The notes under the pieces: model-generated
What the model was told of the DNA's origin: nothing
The model's input: the letters and a program-made list of their open reading frames with translations, nothing else
Database searches by the model: none
Assembly: GCA_943787795.1 (NCBI GenBank)
Contig: CALSNU010000001.1
Location: 480,001 to 544,000 of the forward strand
DNA from: an uncultured bacterium
GTDB lineage: Bacteria; Planctomycetota; UBA1135; GCA-002686595
Direction of reading: 5' to 3'
Length of the DNA: 64,000 nt
Shown: in pieces, positions 47,413 to 58,898 of the stretch
Numbering within the stretch: position 1 is the stretch's first letter
How the letters are laid out: every line of letters begins with the position of its first letter
Made by a program: the position numbers and the translations under genes

Positions 47413-48207
47413 ATGAATCAAGGCAAACTCTCCGTCGGGTGCCTCCTGGCCACGCTCTTCCTGACCACGTTCCTTCTCGCCGGCGCAAGCCTGGGGCAGG
47501 AGCCGGTCGCCAAGTCCGCCCCGGCGGCAGACGCAGCCAAGACGGGGACGCTGACCGGGTCCGTCAAGTTCGAGGGCGAGCTCCCGGAGGTGAAGGAGCT
47601 GGTGGTCTCGGCGAAGTCGGCCAGCGGCTGCTGTCCTCCGGGTGAGGAGGTCGACCGGCAGGATCTCAGCCTTGTGATCGGCGAGGATCGGGGCCTCCAG
47701 GGCGTGCTCGTGACCGTGAAGGTGGACGGCGTGAAGGTGAAGGTCCCTGACAAGCCGTATGAGCTGGATCAGAAGGGCTGTCGCTTCACACCGCACATGC
47801 TCGTCGTGCCGAAGGGGGCGAAGGTGGCCTTCCTGAACTCGGATGAGACGTCCCACAACGTCCACCTGATCACGGTCCTGAACCCCGACCTCAATCAGAC
47901 CGTCCTGGCCGGGAAGCGTCTCGAGCGCACGTACAACGAACCGGAGCGCATCAAGGTCACGTGCGACATGCACACCTGGATGAAGTCCTGGCTCGTCGTC
48001 ACGGACGCCACGCACTGGACCATCACGGACGAGAAGGGCCAGTTCACTCTGGAGGGTCTCCCGCCGGGTGAGCACGAGGTCTCCCTCTGGCATGAGACGC
48101 TCGGCTCGAAGACCATGAAGGCCGTTGTCGGCGAAGACGGCACGGTCGCGCCGCTCGCCGTTCAGATGGCCAAGAAGAAGAAGAAGACTCGTCGCCGCCG
48201 GCGCTGA
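47413..48207 (+). CDS. Secreted cupredoxin-like / carboxypeptidase-regulatory domain protein
   Basis: Signal peptide, DQKGCRFTPH, NSD...HNVH, CDMHTWM and TDEKGQFTLEGLPPG. An alternative start is ATG 47404. Confidence 0.82.
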   Translation: MNQGKLSVGCLLATLFLTTFLLAGASLGQEPVAKSAPAADAAKTGTLTGSVKFEGELPEVKELVVSAKSASGCCPPGEEVDRQDLSLVIGEDRGLQGVLVTVKVDGVKVKVPDKPYELDQKGCRFTPHMLVVPKGAKVAFLNSDETSHNVHLITVLNPDLNQTVLAGKRLERTYNEPERIKVTCDMHTWMKSWLVVTDATHWTITDEKGQFTLEGLPPGEHEVSLWHETLGSKTMKAVVGEDGTVAPLAVQMAKKKKKTRRRRR

Positions 48208-48234
48208 GTCACGCCTGATCCTCGGCCCGAGGAG

Positions 48235-48618
48235 TCAGAGGGTCCCGCCGAGGCCGCCAGGGAGGTCTCCCTCGCCGAGGTCGAAGCCGTCCTGACCGCT
48301 GCCGCTGTTCCCGCCACCATTGGGGTAGCCTCCGCTGTCGGCGTCTCGCGGCTTCCAGGGGGGGCTCCAGGCGTGGACCCGCCGCGCCACGGAGACGAGG
48401 ACCTCGTCGTCGAGCTCAGCCTCCAGGCTCTCGAGCGTGGCGCTTGGATCGCCGCCTGAGCGGCGCGCGAGGTTGCGGTCGATCAGGGTCAACAGCCGCT
48501 GCCGCACCCTCGAGGAGGAGATGACCGCCCTCTGAACCAGCGGCAGAAGCTCACTGGCGCGCGAGGTGGGGAGGCCTCGGCGGCGGCACATTCGGTGCAG
48601 TAGGCGTTCTGCGTCCAT
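48235..48618 (-). CDS. Small hypothetical protein
   Basis: MDAERLLHRMCRRRG..., helical with a Gly-rich tail. Fills the gap between neighbouring genes. Confidence 0.55.
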   Translation of the reverse strand: MDAERLLHRMCRRRGLPTSRASELLPLVQRAVISSSRVRQRLLTLIDRNLARRSGGDPSATLESLEAELDDEVLVSVARRVHAWSPPWKPRDADSGGYPNGGGNSGSGQDGFDLGEGDLPGGLGGTL

Positions 48619-48875
48619 TGGGTGGGGGCCTTCGGGAAGGGGGAGCAGCAGGCGGGAGGGAGGAGGGAGAGGTCGCGGCTCCACGCCTCAGCGCAACGGT
48701 ACCCGGCTCAGGCCGGTGGGGCTTCAGGCCCACATTGGGACTCGCGGCGGCAGCGCAGCCGTGGCTTCAGAGGGGGGCGGAGAGGTGCCGAACTTACCCC
48801 TAGCCGTCCCCACGGCGCCCTCCCCACGCCCTGCCCGTGCAGCGCGTCCTATCTCCCCAGGCCACTCCCCATGGC

Positions 48876-49478
48876 ATGCGTCTCTCGTTCTCCCTCGCCG
48901 TTCTGATCGGAACGGCCGTAGGCCTCTTCGTCAGCGGAGGCGCCGCCGAGCGTTCCCCTGCCGTACAGGCGGGGACCGCCCTGCGCATGGACGTTGAGGA
49001 GGCCTTCGAGCGGTCCGAGTTGGTGTTGGAGGGGCGCGTGATCGGCGCGACCAGCCGTGCGCTGGGTGACGGGGTCGTGTGCACCGATTACGAGCTGGAC
49101 GTCAGCCGGACGTTCTGGGGAGACGATCAGCCGTCGAGGATCATCAGTCTGCCTGGCGGCGTTCTCCCGACGGGTGAGGGCATGCTCATCCCCGGCCTGC
49201 CCGGGCTGGTGGAGGGCGAAGATCTCCTTCTCCTGCTCGGGGACCGCGCCGCAAACGGCCTCCGAATGCCGACGGGGCTGGGGCAAGGCAAGTACCGCCT
49301 CGTCAGAGAGGCAGACGGGGATCGCCTCGCGGTCCGGACCGCAGAGGATCTCGTCCTTGTCTCGCGGGGCCGGGCGCGGAAGGTCAACGGGCGCGACGTC
49401 ATCGACTACGCCGAGCTCGTGGGACGAATCGAGTCCGCCGCCCAGCTGCGCGCTGCGACGACGGGAGGAGGGCGGTGA
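48876..49478 (+). CDS. Secreted hypothetical protein resembling the N-terminal domain often fused to matrixins
   Basis: Signal peptide, then SELVLEGRV...TDYELDV...LPGG...PGLPGLVEGEDLLLLL...GLGQGKY. GTGA overlap with the matrixin gene. Confidence 0.75.
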   Translation: MRLSFSLAVLIGTAVGLFVSGGAAERSPAVQAGTALRMDVEEAFERSELVLEGRVIGATSRALGDGVVCTDYELDVSRTFWGDDQPSRIISLPGGVLPTGEGMLIPGLPGLVEGEDLLLLLGDRAANGLRMPTGLGQGKYRLVREADGDRLAVRTAEDLVLVSRGRARKVNGRDVIDYAELVGRIESAAQLRAATTGGGR

Positions 49479-51700
49479 GGCTGCTGTCGGACCCAAGGCG
49501 CCGGGGAGGGCTGCTGCGCTTTGTCATCGTGGCCACGCTGGTCGCGTCGGCGACGGCTCACGTCAGGCTCCGCTTCGTACAGAACGGAAATGACCTCTAT
49601 TGGTCCAACCCTCAGGCGGTGTCCATTGCGATCCAGGAGGCGGGCTCGGACAACATCTCCGACGCGAGCCACGTCACGGCCATCGGGAACGCCGTGGATA
49701 GCTGGAACGCCGCCGGTCGGACCACCTTCGGGCTGGTGAACGCCGGGGTCACGTCGCGGACAGACTGGGAGAGCAACGACATCCACCTGGTGACGTTCGA
49801 TGAGAACAACTCCAGCGGCTTCTTCACGGGCAGCTCGGGGACCGTCGCCATCACGCCGGTCAGCTTCTTTGAGAGCGGCCGGATCGTCGACGCGGACGTC
49901 CTCTTCAACGGGAAGAACTTCAGCTTCACGACCAGCGGGCGGAGCGGGCGCTTTGATATTCAGGACGTGATGGCGCACGAGCTCGGTCACGTGGCGGGCC
50001 TCGATCACTCCGGAGTCTGTGGGTCGACAATGTTCCCGTACGTCGACTCCACCGTCATCCTCCATCGGAGCCTGAGCCGCGACGAGGGGTCCGCGCTCGC
50101 GAGCATCTATCCGTCCTCGAGCCAGGGCAGGATCAGCGGGCGTGTCTGTCGTCAGGCAGATGGGACCGGCGTCTCGGGCGCCCACGTCTCCGTGCGGGAC
50201 GCCGGGGGTCGGGTGGTCGCCGCCGCCCTCGCGGAGGCCTCGGGGTCCTTCGTCATCGGCGGGCTCCAGCCGGGCACCTTCACGGTCATCGCGGACCCCC
50301 TCGACCAGCCGGTCTCGGCGTCCAACCTCGGCGGCGGCCAGAGCGTCGCCACCGACTTCGAGGCGGGCGTCCTGGGGACGGTGGAGGTCGTCGGCTCGGA
50401 GGTCCAGTCCATGGGGACGGTCCACGTGGGAGCCGACGTCTCGGTGCGACTCGGTCGGGCCTCTGACCGCTACCCGCTGCGGGTCGTGGCGGGGGAGACG
50501 ACCAGCCTCGTGATCGGAGGGGTGGGCCTGTTGGCGGGGTCGACGATCCTCGCGAGCGATCCGAACGTCGGGGTCTCGAACGTGCTCTGGTTCGGGTCGA
50601 GCGTGCGGCTGGACCTGACGGCGCCGAGCGGCGCTCTCCCTGGGCACATCGACCTCACGGTGACGACCTCGTCCGGTTCGCAGGACATTCTGGTGGGCGG
50701 GCTCGAGGTCACGCCACCAAGCCCGACGGTGTCCTCCGTGACCCCGGGCTCTGGCGATCCGTCGGGGGGGGATACGGTCACGGTCGCCGGGACTGGCTTC
50801 CGCCGCGGCGTCCGCGTCGTGATCGGGGACCGGGTCTATGTGGACGGCGAGGTGGGGGGGTGCACGCTGATCGACGAGAACACGCTCACGCTGACCACGT
50901 CGGCGACGATCGCTGGAGAGCACGACGTGGTCGTGATCGACGCCTCGGGCGTCGAGGGGCGTGGGAGCGACGCCTTTACCGTCAGCGCTCCGCCTGTGCT
51001 CGAGAGCCTCTTCCCCTCGGTGGGGAGCGTCGCCGGTGGGACTCTGGTCCGCCTGACGGGGCAGGACCTGGTCGCTGGCAGCGTGATCACGATCGACGGC
51101 GTCGTGCAGGCGAACGCGTCGGTGGTCTCTCCTGGCAGAGTTGAGCTGCTGACCTCGGCCGGCCTGCCCGGTGGACCCTACATCCTCGAGCTCACCTCTC
51201 CCGCCGGGGATTCAGCGCAGCTGGCCTTCGCGTTCGTGCCTGAGGAGGACCCGGTGCTCGGCGCGGTCTCGCCGCGGCGAGGAGACCGGTCGGGAGGGCT
51301 CCAGGTCACACTGCACGGGAGCGGCTTCGAGGCTGGCGACCTCGTCATCATCGGCGCCAGCGCGGCATCGGGCGCCGGTGGGGTCGCCGTGGAACCTGAG
51401 TTCGTGGACGCCAACACGCTCCGATTCACGACCCCACCAGGGTCGACCGGAACGAAGACCGTCACGGTCATGGACGCGGACACGCAGCAGGCCTCGATGC
51501 TGGAGGCCGGCTTCACCTACACCGGGCCGGACGGCGTCGAGGAGGGGGGCTGCGCCGCGGTCGTGATCCCTGGGCCGCCGGACTGGCGCCGGGTGGTTGG
51601 CGGGAGCGGCTGGATCCTCGTGCTCCTCCTGCTCGGAGCCCACCGGATGCGGGCTGCGGGGTCTCCGCCGCGGGGCGCAATACCTACTGTGCTCGCGTGA
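49475..51700 (+). CDS. Matrixin (M10-like metzincin) with carboxypeptidase-regulatory and IPT/TIG domains and a C-terminal anchor
   Basis: HELGHVAGLDH, Met-turn STMFP, repeated SVxPxxGxxxGGxxVTxxGxGF units and a C-terminal GGC...TM...basic tail. Confidence 0.9.
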   Translation: MRLLSDPRRRGGLLRFVIVATLVASATAHVRLRFVQNGNDLYWSNPQAVSIAIQEAGSDNISDASHVTAIGNAVDSWNAAGRTTFGLVNAGVTSRTDWESNDIHLVTFDENNSSGFFTGSSGTVAITPVSFFESGRIVDADVLFNGKNFSFTTSGRSGRFDIQDVMAHELGHVAGLDHSGVCGSTMFPYVDSTVILHRSLSRDEGSALASIYPSSSQGRISGRVCRQADGTGVSGAHVSVRDAGGRVVAAALAEASGSFVIGGLQPGTFTVIADPLDQPVSASNLGGGQSVATDFEAGVLGTVEVVGSEVQSMGTVHVGADVSVRLGRASDRYPLRVVAGETTSLVIGGVGLLAGSTILASDPNVGVSNVLWFGSSVRLDLTAPSGALPGHIDLTVTTSSGSQDILVGGLEVTPPSPTVSSVTPGSGDPSGGDTVTVAGTGFRRGVRVVIGDRVYVDGEVGGCTLIDENTLTLTTSATIAGEHDVVVIDASGVEGRGSDAFTVSAPPVLESLFPSVGSVAGGTLVRLTGQDLVAGSVITIDGVVQANASVVSPGRVELLTSAGLPGGPYILELTSPAGDSAQLAFAFVPEEDPVLGAVSPRRGDRSGGLQVTLHGSGFEAGDLVIIGASAASGAGGVAVEPEFVDANTLRFTTPPGSTGTKTVTVMDADTQQASMLEAGFTYTGPDGVEEGGCAAVVIPGPPDWRRVVGGSGWILVLLLLGAHRMRAAGSPPRGAIPTVLA

Positions 51701-52271
51701 ACCGCGCGAGATCGCCGGCGGCCTGGGTCACCGGGTGCTCGGGGTCAGGCCAGCGTTGGGGCAGTCGGCGGACCTCGGCGGCGTCGTACCCCATGTCGAC
51801 GAGGCGAGCGACCAGCTCGCTGAAGCGCTCGTCCGAGATCACCTGCTGCCGGGTCATGATCCAGGCATAGTCGCGCCGGGCGCGCGCGATGATGGTCTCG
51901 CTGTACTCCTCGTCGAGGTGCGCGACGAGGTACTGGGCCTTGAAGGGCCAGATGATCCGCATGCCCCACTCCGCGTTCGTCTCCGTATCTCGAACGAACC
52001 CCACGGGCTCGAGGACCTCGAGGTCGCCGTCGAAGGACCCCTCACGGAACACGTAGCTGGTGAGGATCCGGCCGCCCTCCTCCAAGGCATAGGACTCGAC
52101 CCCGTTGTAGGCGTCCGCTTCGGAGCCCACGGGGATGTGCCCTTGGACGTACCAGTCGCCCATGAATCGCTCCAGGTCCACGTAGGGGACCGTCGCCAGG
52201 GGTCTTGTGGGCGCACAGGCGAAGAAGGCACCGATGGCGAGGGCGGCGAGGGCGATGAGGGATCTACGCAT
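51684..52271 (-). CDS. blc: Lipocalin-family lipoprotein
   Basis: Lipobox-like FFAC, VDLERFMGDWY, WPFKAQY and YAWIMTR. Confidence 0.9.
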   Translation of the reverse strand: MRRSLIALAALAIGAFFACAPTRPLATVPYVDLERFMGDWYVQGHIPVGSEADAYNGVESYALEEGGRILTSYVFREGSFDGDLEVLEPVGFVRDTETNAEWGMRIIWPFKAQYLVAHLDEEYSETIIARARRDYAWIMTRQQVISDERFSELVARLVDMGYDAAEVRRLPQRWPDPEHPVTQAAGDLARFTRAQ

Positions 52272-52396
52272 GCCCCTGCGATCGCGCGAGATGAGGATCC
52301 GGATGCGCCAATACTTGGAGCTGGGGCCTCCGCGGGAGCAGGCGGGACGGCGCTCGCCCGCTGGGGGGGGAGCCGCCCCGGGTGTTCCAGGGAGGA

Positions 52397-54652
52397 TCAG
52401 CGCCCCAGGGACGAGCTGAGGGCTTCCAGTCGCTCGAAGAGCTCTCCACGGTTGATTGGCTTGAGCACCTGGCTATCCATCCCCGCGTCCATGCAGTCTG
52501 AAGCGGTCTCGGGAGTCGCGTTGGCGGTCATGGCGATGATATGGACCGGAGCCTCCCCCCCGTTCGCTTCGCGTGACCGGATGTGACGGGTGGCCGAGAG
52601 GCCATCCATGACCGGCATCTGGACGTCCATGAGGACCACGTCGTGGCGCGAGAGGGCGGTCAACTCCGTGGCGATCGCTCCGTTCTGGGCGATCTCCACC
52701 TCATGACCCCAGGAGCGCAGAAGGAGCTCCGCGACGCGCTGGTTCACCGGCTCGTCCTCGACGAGCAGGATCCGCAGAGGGCGGGCCGACCTGAGGGACG
52801 GTGGGCGCCGGCGCGACCGGGTCCTCCCAGGGGTCGTGGGCACCGAGTTCGTCACCTGCAGGGACTCGATGGCGTCCCGGAGCTCAGGGCCAACGATGGG
52901 CAGCAAGAGGCTCTGAAGGCGGTCCAAGGGGAGCTTCGGGTCTTCGGTTTGCTCTCCGCTCTGCAGGAGAATCCAGGGGACGTGGCCCAGGTCGGTCAAC
53001 TGGCCGTCCATCAGCAAGAACTCATGGGGCTTCAGCGTGGAGACGCTGATCGCTGCGAGCGGGGGCTCGGCCAGCGAGCGGATCGCCTCCCGCATGGCCT
53101 CGACGCTGCCGCAGGAGTGCACCTTGATGCCCCAGGCCTCGAGGCGTTGTGTGATGGACCTGCGGATGTGCCCTTGGGGAACCAGGAGGAGGACCTCTCG
53201 TTCCTCGTCGTCGGTAAAGAGCGCCCCGGTCGTGGAGCTTCCGAGCGCCGCAGATTCTGCCGGCGGTAGCGGAAGCGAGAACGTGAAGCGACTGCCGCGT
53301 CCCTCCTGGCTCTCGACGCGCATCTGACCGCCCATTCCAACGCAAAGGTCACGAGAGATCGCGAGGCCCAGGCCGGTCCCGCCGAAGCGCCGAGTGGTGG
53401 ACTCCTCTGCCTGAGTGAAGGCCTCGAAGATGGTCTCGAGCTTCTCGAGCTTGATCCCCACCCCGGTGTCCTGCACCTCGAATTCGAGGTGGCCGGGTTG
53501 TTCCGTGGACGAAACGCTCAGGCTGACGAAGCCCTCCGGCGTGAACTTCAGGGAGTTGCTGAGCAGGTTGACGAGGATCTGCCGCAGGCGGCTCTCGTCT
53601 CCGGACACCACATCCGTGGCCGACTCGTCGATATCACAGGTCACCTCCACATCGGGCGAGCGGTTCTGGGCCGCGGTCAACACGAGCGCATCTCGAACGC
53701 AGCCGCGGATCGAGAAGGGGAGGCGCTCGAAGCTCATGGCGCCCGAGTCGATCTTCGAGAAGTCGAGGACATCGTTGACGATGTGAAGCAGGTTCTGTGC
53801 CGACCGCTGAGCGGTCGAGATGTACTCCTCCTGGTCCCGGTCCAGCTCGGTATCGAGCGTCAGCTCGGTCATGCCGATGATCCCGTTCATCGGCGTCCGA
53901 AACTCGTGGCTCAGGTTTGCCAGGAAGAGCCCCTTGGCGTTGGAGGCGTTCTCTGCCTCCTGTCGCGCCTTCTCCAGCTCCTTTGACTTCTGCCGAAGCT
54001 CGTTGATCGCATCCCCGGCGAGGTCGAGGGTCGCTCTCGTGCGCGAGCGCATCTTCTCGGCGATCCGGCTGGTCAGCGCGACGTGCAGCGCGAGGGTGGT
54101 ACACCCCGCGATCTTCAGGGTCTCGAGCGCCCAGTTGGGCGTGTACCCTAGCCACACGCTGCCGAGGACGATGCCCGCGGTGTGAGACAGGAGGCAGAGG
54201 GGTACGAACTCGCCGCAGCGCCTGACGCCTCCCGTCACCTGGTCAGCGACCCGGACCCAGGGCACGAAGAAGAGCCAGCTCGCGGCACCGCCGGTGACGG
54301 CCACGAGCAGGGAGGCTGCGATGAGGTCGAGCCGGAGGAATATCCTGGCGAGGTCCCTGGTCTCTTCTGGCCGGTAGAGAGCCGCCAGCGCAAGCCATGA
54401 GACGAGCGCGTACGAGGCGTAGAAGAGGGCCGCGGCGCTCAGCTCGCGACTCCACGGGGCGTCGAACACGACCCAGTTGTGGGCGCTGGCGAAGAGCACG
54501 CCGGCCGCGAGCATCACGCTCCGCATCAGCGGAACGATGACCTTCTGGAGCCGGGACTTCCGTCGCATGCGGCTGGCCTTGGCCTCGGGGCTGTCATACG
54601 TCAGCCGCGCAAGGAGCGCCTGGTGGTCAGGTTGTTGGGTGGAACCGTCCAA
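52397..54652 (-). CDS. Membrane hybrid histidine kinase (HisKA-HATPase-pseudoREC-REC)
   Basis: Multiple TM helices, SHEFRTPMNG, NLLSNSLKFT, DTGVG, GGTGLGL and LMDVQMPVMDG. Confidence 0.93.
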   Translation of the reverse strand: MDGSTQQPDHQALLARLTYDSPEAKASRMRRKSRLQKVIVPLMRSVMLAAGVLFASAHNWVVFDAPWSRELSAAALFYASYALVSWLALAALYRPEETRDLARIFLRLDLIAASLLVAVTGGAASWLFFVPWVRVADQVTGGVRRCGEFVPLCLLSHTAGIVLGSVWLGYTPNWALETLKIAGCTTLALHVALTSRIAEKMRSRTRATLDLAGDAINELRQKSKELEKARQEAENASNAKGLFLANLSHEFRTPMNGIIGMTELTLDTELDRDQEEYISTAQRSAQNLLHIVNDVLDFSKIDSGAMSFERLPFSIRGCVRDALVLTAAQNRSPDVEVTCDIDESATDVVSGDESRLRQILVNLLSNSLKFTPEGFVSLSVSSTEQPGHLEFEVQDTGVGIKLEKLETIFEAFTQAEESTTRRFGGTGLGLAISRDLCVGMGGQMRVESQEGRGSRFTFSLPLPPAESAALGSSTTGALFTDDEEREVLLLVPQGHIRRSITQRLEAWGIKVHSCGSVEAMREAIRSLAEPPLAAISVSTLKPHEFLLMDGQLTDLGHVPWILLQSGEQTEDPKLPLDRLQSLLLPIVGPELRDAIESLQVTNSVPTTPGRTRSRRRPPSLRSARPLRILLVEDEPVNQRVAELLLRSWGHEVEIAQNGAIATELTALSRHDVVLMDVQMPVMDGLSATRHIRSREANGGEAPVHIIAMTANATPETASDCMDAGMDSQVLKPINRGELFERLEALSSSLGR

Positions 54653-54804
54653 TGGGGAGGAGACTGGCGAGGGCTGTCGGGAGCGCAGCGCTTCGCTAAT
54701 TCAGCCCTCAGCAGACCATATTGGCTGGGACCAATGAAACCTCGAAGGCCGACTCGCTGAGAGCGAATCGGCCTTCGAGGGTGCCTGAGGCGCCGAGGCG
54801 TCTC

Positions 54805-55191
54805 TCAGCTCTCGGGATCCGCGAGGGCGCCGGTCTCGGTGACCGCGACGCTCTCCCAGTCGAGCTTGGGGCAGTCACCGTACAGGTCGTCGAGTCCGTA
54901 GTACTCGCGAGCCTCATCCTGCTGGATGTGGACGACCACGTCCGAGTAGTCCACGAGCACCCACCAGCCGAGGTCCGCGCCCTCGGCCCTGGAGTGGACC
55001 TCGCCCAGGCGCTTGAGCCTGTGGTGGACGTCTTCGTACATGGCCCGAACGTGGGGCCGGCTGGTGCCGGTCACGACCACGAAGTAGTCAGCGACCTTGA
55101 TGGCGTCGCTCACGTCGTAGACCACGAGGTCCACGCCCTTCTTTTCTTCCACGATCCGGGCGACCGTGGCGGCGAGTGTCTTGGTGTCGAT
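54805..55191 (-). CDS. rsfS: Ribosome silencing factor
   Basis: EKKGVD, DYFVVVTG and WVLVDYSDVVVH...REYYGLDDLY. The N-terminal helix extends to ATC at 55191. The first canonical start is GTG 55152. Confidence 0.9.
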   Translation of the reverse strand: MDTKTLAATVARIVEEKKGVDLVVYDVSDAIKVADYFVVVTGTSRPHVRAMYEDVHHRLKRLGEVHSRAEGADLGWWVLVDYSDVVVHIQQDEAREYYGLDDLYGDCPKLDWESVAVTETGALADPES

Positions 55192-55204
55192 AGCAGTTCT
55201 CCGG

Positions 55205-55228
55205 GGCCCCGCGCCGAAGCGCGGGGCC
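55205..55228 (-). promoter_or_regulatory. 10-bp GC stem with a C(UUCG)G tetraloop between hppA and rsfS
   Basis: Minus strand GGCCCCGCGC-TTCG-GCGCGGGGCC, immediately 5' of GGAGA. Confidence 0.7.
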
Positions 55229-55239
55229 GCTTCGCTGGA

Positions 55240-57309
<2,070 letters not shown>

Positions 57310-57416
57310 GAGCTCTTGGTGCGCGCGGATGGGCGCACGGTGGGGTTGGTGGGAAGGGGGGTGGTGGGGCGTGGGGCCGGAGTGGAGGGCCCTTCACCCA
57401 GGTTTCCGGCGCTAAT

Positions 57417-57444
57417 ACGATAGTGGCGGGCGCTTCCGGGTCAA
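57417..57444 (-). promoter_or_regulatory. Candidate sigma70-type promoter of hppA
   Basis: TTGACC-N16-TATCGT on the minus strand. Confidence 0.4.
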
Positions 57445-57490
57445 TCGGAAGTGCCACCTCCATGGCTCCAAGTGCCGTATCGGGCGCGCC

Positions 57491-58177
57491 TCAGGGGCGG
57501 TCGCCGTCGGGGGGGGGCTCTGGGCCCCTGGCGGGGGCGCTGTCCTGCGTCCGCCTCGCCTGGCCCTGCCAGCGCCTTGAGACCCACAGGTGGCTGAGGA
57601 GCATGGCCCCCAGGGCTAGCACCACGAAGCCGAGGATCTGGTGGAGGTCCTCGATCTTGGACTCCATCACGGAGAGCCGTTCGCCGGACTCGCGCCCCAG
57701 GAGGATCAGCGTCGGCGTGAGGATGATCGCCCCCAGACCGTCGTAAGCGATGAACTTCGCATATGGCATCCCGAGCGTCCCCGCGGTGAACCACGTCGGT
57801 AGGCGTAGCCCGGGAATGAACCGGCACACGAAGACCGCGAGGGCTCCCTGCCGTTCGAAGCGTCGTTCGATCGCTCGCAAGCGCTCGGGGTGGACGACAC
57901 GGCGGATGGGCTTGAGCTCGAGGGCGCGGCGCCCGAATCGTCGCCCGATGAAGAAGGGCACAGAGTCGCCGAGGAGCGTACCGGCGAGACACACCGCGAT
58001 GATCGGCGCCAGGTCGACCTCGCCCTGGTACAGGAGGAACCCGGCCCCGAGCATCGTGATCTCCTCCGGCACGGGCAGCCCGAAGCCGCACAGCACCAGG
58101 ACCAGGAACGGCGCCAGGTATCCCGGCTCCGAGAGCAGGCCGCCGAGCAACGGCTGATTGTCGAGGATCCAAGCCAC
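57491..58177 (-). CDS. DedA family membrane protein
   Basis: GLPVPEE, GD..FFIGRRFG and RFIPGLR. Start placed at GTG 58177 (uncertain). Confidence 0.9.
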   Translation of the reverse strand: MAWILDNQPLLGGLLSEPGYLAPFLVLVLCGFGLPVPEEITMLGAGFLLYQGEVDLAPIIAVCLAGTLLGDSVPFFIGRRFGRRALELKPIRRVVHPERLRAIERRFERQGALAVFVCRFIPGLRLPTWFTAGTLGMPYAKFIAYDGLGAIILTPTLILLGRESGERLSVMESKIEDLHQILGFVVLALGAMLLSHLWVSRRWQGQARRTQDSAPARGPEPPPDGDRP

Positions 58178-58280
58178 GGCTCGGAGGGTAGCAGCGATCG
58201 ACGCTTCGGGGGTGAGGCGCTGGCAGACTCGACCCACGCGGCTCCGCCGCGGGGTGCGCGGAGTCGAGCCGGCGGGCGCC

Positions 58281-58898
58281 TCAGCGGCCTTCGGCCGCCA
58301 GCTCCTCCTCGCGCCCCTCGATGTAGGCGAGCGAGACCTCGACGTCCTTCGCGCCCCAGGACGCGGCGCGCTCCAGGTCCACTCGCGCCTCGGCGAGCAG
58401 CGCTCGCGGGCCGCCCGGCCAGCCCAGACCCTCGGCCGGCAGCTGCGCGAGGAAGGTGGACTTGATGGTGGCCGCGTAGCGGGCCAGCTCCCCCGGAGAT
58501 GTGGCCCGCGCTTCGCCGGAACGGAGGACGGAGAAGCCCTCCCGGATCCACTGCCGGCGCGCCTCCGGGTCGGGCTCCTCGAGGGGGGAGGCTCGGATGA
58601 AGATGAAGTGATCGGCCAGGGTCAGCCAGCCGGCGGCAGCCCTGGAATCCAGGGACAGGGCCCGAGCGGCGTGCCCGTAGGCCTCGGTGAGGGCCCCTCG
58701 ATCCAGCGCGCCCAGGTATCGCGCCCACTCCACGCTCGCCGCCGCGGAGGCGATCGGGCCCAGGAGCCGCTGGACGGGCCCCATTCGCTGCCGTGCCTCC
58801 AGGTCTGGCCGCCCAAAGGGCCCTGCCGCGGAGACGGCGAGCGCCAACCCTGCGGCCGCCGCCAGGAGCGCTCGGCGGCTTCGTGCAGCGACCCTCAC
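58281..58898 (-). CDS. Hypothetical TPR-like exported/membrane protein (PilG/XapA-like)
   Basis: GTG 58898 overlaps the upstream TGA. N-terminal hydrophobic segment, helical repeats and RRQWIREGFSVL. Confidence 0.6.
   Translation of the reverse strand: MRVAARSRRALLAAAAGLALAVSAAGPFGRPDLEARQRMGPVQRLLGPIASAAASVEWARYLGALDRGALTEAYGHAARALSLDSRAAAGWLTLADHFIFIRASPLEEPDPEARRQWIREGFSVLRSGEARATSPGELARYAATIKSTFLAQLPAEGLGWPGGPRALLAEARVDLERAASWGAKDVEVSLAYIEGREEELAAEGR

Noticed and set aside
51684..51700. 17-bp 3' overlap of the matrixin and lipocalin genes
   Set aside because: Short convergent overlaps are common in compact high-GC genomes.
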